The position numbers and the translations under genes were made by a program. Below the pieces are notes generated by a model. That model had not been told where the DNA came from and made no database searches. It worked only from the letters and a program-made list of their open reading frames with translations. A DNA stretch of 62,932 bases, counting the filler, from Hyphochytrium catenoides (Eukaryota; Protista; Hyphochytriomycota): assembly GCA_900088475.1 (NCBI GenBank). It is 11 parts of 11 records of this genome, joined end to end, with 100 filler letters (N's around TTAATTAATTAA, not from the genome) between each part and the next. Parts side by side here need not be neighbours in the genome. Positions count along the whole stretch, not along the records: positions 61,750 to 62,932 come from FLMG01003016.1; 10 more parts are not named here. The stretch is one strand, 5' to 3'. Shown here one piece after another: positions 61,650 through 62,932 of the stretch (the stretch's first letter is position 1; each line of letters opens with the position of its first letter).

Positions 61650-62932
61650 NNNNNNNNNNNNNNNNNNNNNNNNNNNNNNNNNNNNNNNNNNNNTTAATTA
61701 ATTAANNNNNNNNNNNNNNNNNNNNNNNNNNNNNNNNNNNNNNNNNNNNCCTAACAATAATGAGTCTACACCACCGCCACCACATAGTCGATCTCTGCCA
61801 TGTTTGATAATATCACCCAACAGTTCTGCAATCTTGTTGTCTTTATCGTCGTTGTATACAAGTCAGTCTTCCTCGCTCATCACCGCAATTAAGGCGAATT
61901 CATATCGGGAAGGAACAGAATGAACTCACAATAATCTAAGGGTGATGGAATCTACGGGACCGTACCTACCCAAGCTCTTCATCGTGAAGGATATATCCCT
62001 GATGAATTCTGGACCCATGATATATGTCAGGGAGGGCTGATGGCCAAGGGACACGCCAAGAGACACGATAGTTAGCTCCAGGACCTGCCATCTCTGACGC
62101 AAAAAATTGGATATCAAAAATCTTTTTTGCCTATCATGCATCGTCGCAGGAAGAATCTTCTTCGAAGCACTTGCCACCTCAGTGTGACTCTACTCTCGGT
62201 CAGCTCTCGATACCTCTTCTCAATAATAGGACAACAGGAACGGGGAAGAAAGCGGAATGCGGCTAGGACAATGGCCTCTAGTATCTTGACTAAGGTCAGC
62301 TTCCTCCAGCGGAAGCCATAAAGCTTCAGTCTCAGAGCTCTACCGGGTCAGGCTTACACTCAGCGAGCAAAGCCGCAAAGTAATAACCTGTATAATAGCC
62401 CATTGGGCCTACTAGCTAACAATAACGAGCAACAACGCCGCCAAGGCATAATCTTGTATAGCCCATTGGGTCTGGTACTAGTAGCTTTTACCTAAGTAGT
62501 GTCTGGTGGACGCAGCAGTGACAGACCCTATCCATGATAATGAATAATTGCTGAGGAGTTTCAGTCAGAAATGCAGCTCTTCCACCAAGGGAATTTTTTA
62601 TAAAAAGGAGATGGTTGATCCACCACTGGCCTTAGTTTGCTTCTCCCCGAAGAGTTGGTTGTCGCCTTAGGCTTGCGACGCTTCAGCTCTCACGCCGTTT
62701 GTTCATGCAGCAATGGATATGATGAGCTCGGTGTTGTTCATCACCAACAATGGCATCGCAGCACTGCTGCCAACCCCCAACCCCCAACCATTATCGTCGA
62801 CGAGAGCTCTCTAATCTCTGGTTCGCTTGGCTCTCCCACTCATTCTTACTCTATCGCGATGGGTGAACTACTTGTCCTCTCTCTCCTCCCTCTCTGTCTC
62901 TTTGTCTCTCTCCCTCTCTTCTTTCTCTCTCT

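Overview
Eukaryotic draft-assembly window. About 11 unrelated contigs/scaffolds are joined by artificial N-TTAATTAATTAA-N linkers, so neighbourhood across linkers is meaningless. The DNA has GT-AG (rarely GC-AG) introns and extreme (GA)n/(CT)n microsatellite content, which produces most ORFs in the supplied track. Gene content suggests a flagellated protist, probably a stramenopile (inference). Genes I could splice by hand: a tandem-domain multi-pass membrane protein, CFAP44 (5' part), a Vac8-like ARM protein, a C2 + coiled-coil protein, a WRKY19-like zinc-finger repeat protein, an AspH-type 2OG-Fe(II) oxygenase fused to a sulfotransferase, TEN1, the ULK4/RUNKEL ARM region, an IQ+LRR protein, a P-type-ATPase actuator-domain-only gene, TPR-GT61, a BT1 transporter and an elongator tRNA-Met. 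The region from about 50.8 to 60.5 kb is a nest of degenerate Copia/Gypsy LTR retrotransposons and solo LTRs. Most notable: (1) a spliced mini P-type ATPase gene with only the N-terminal and actuator domains; (2) an LTR integrated together with a 29-nt DNA copy of its initiator-tRNA half primer, with a 4-bp TSD, splitting an AP2-like ORF; (3) the hydroxylase-sulfotransferase fusion; (4) an intact -1 frameshift signal in the Gypsy element. All family calls come from motif recognition, not database searches.
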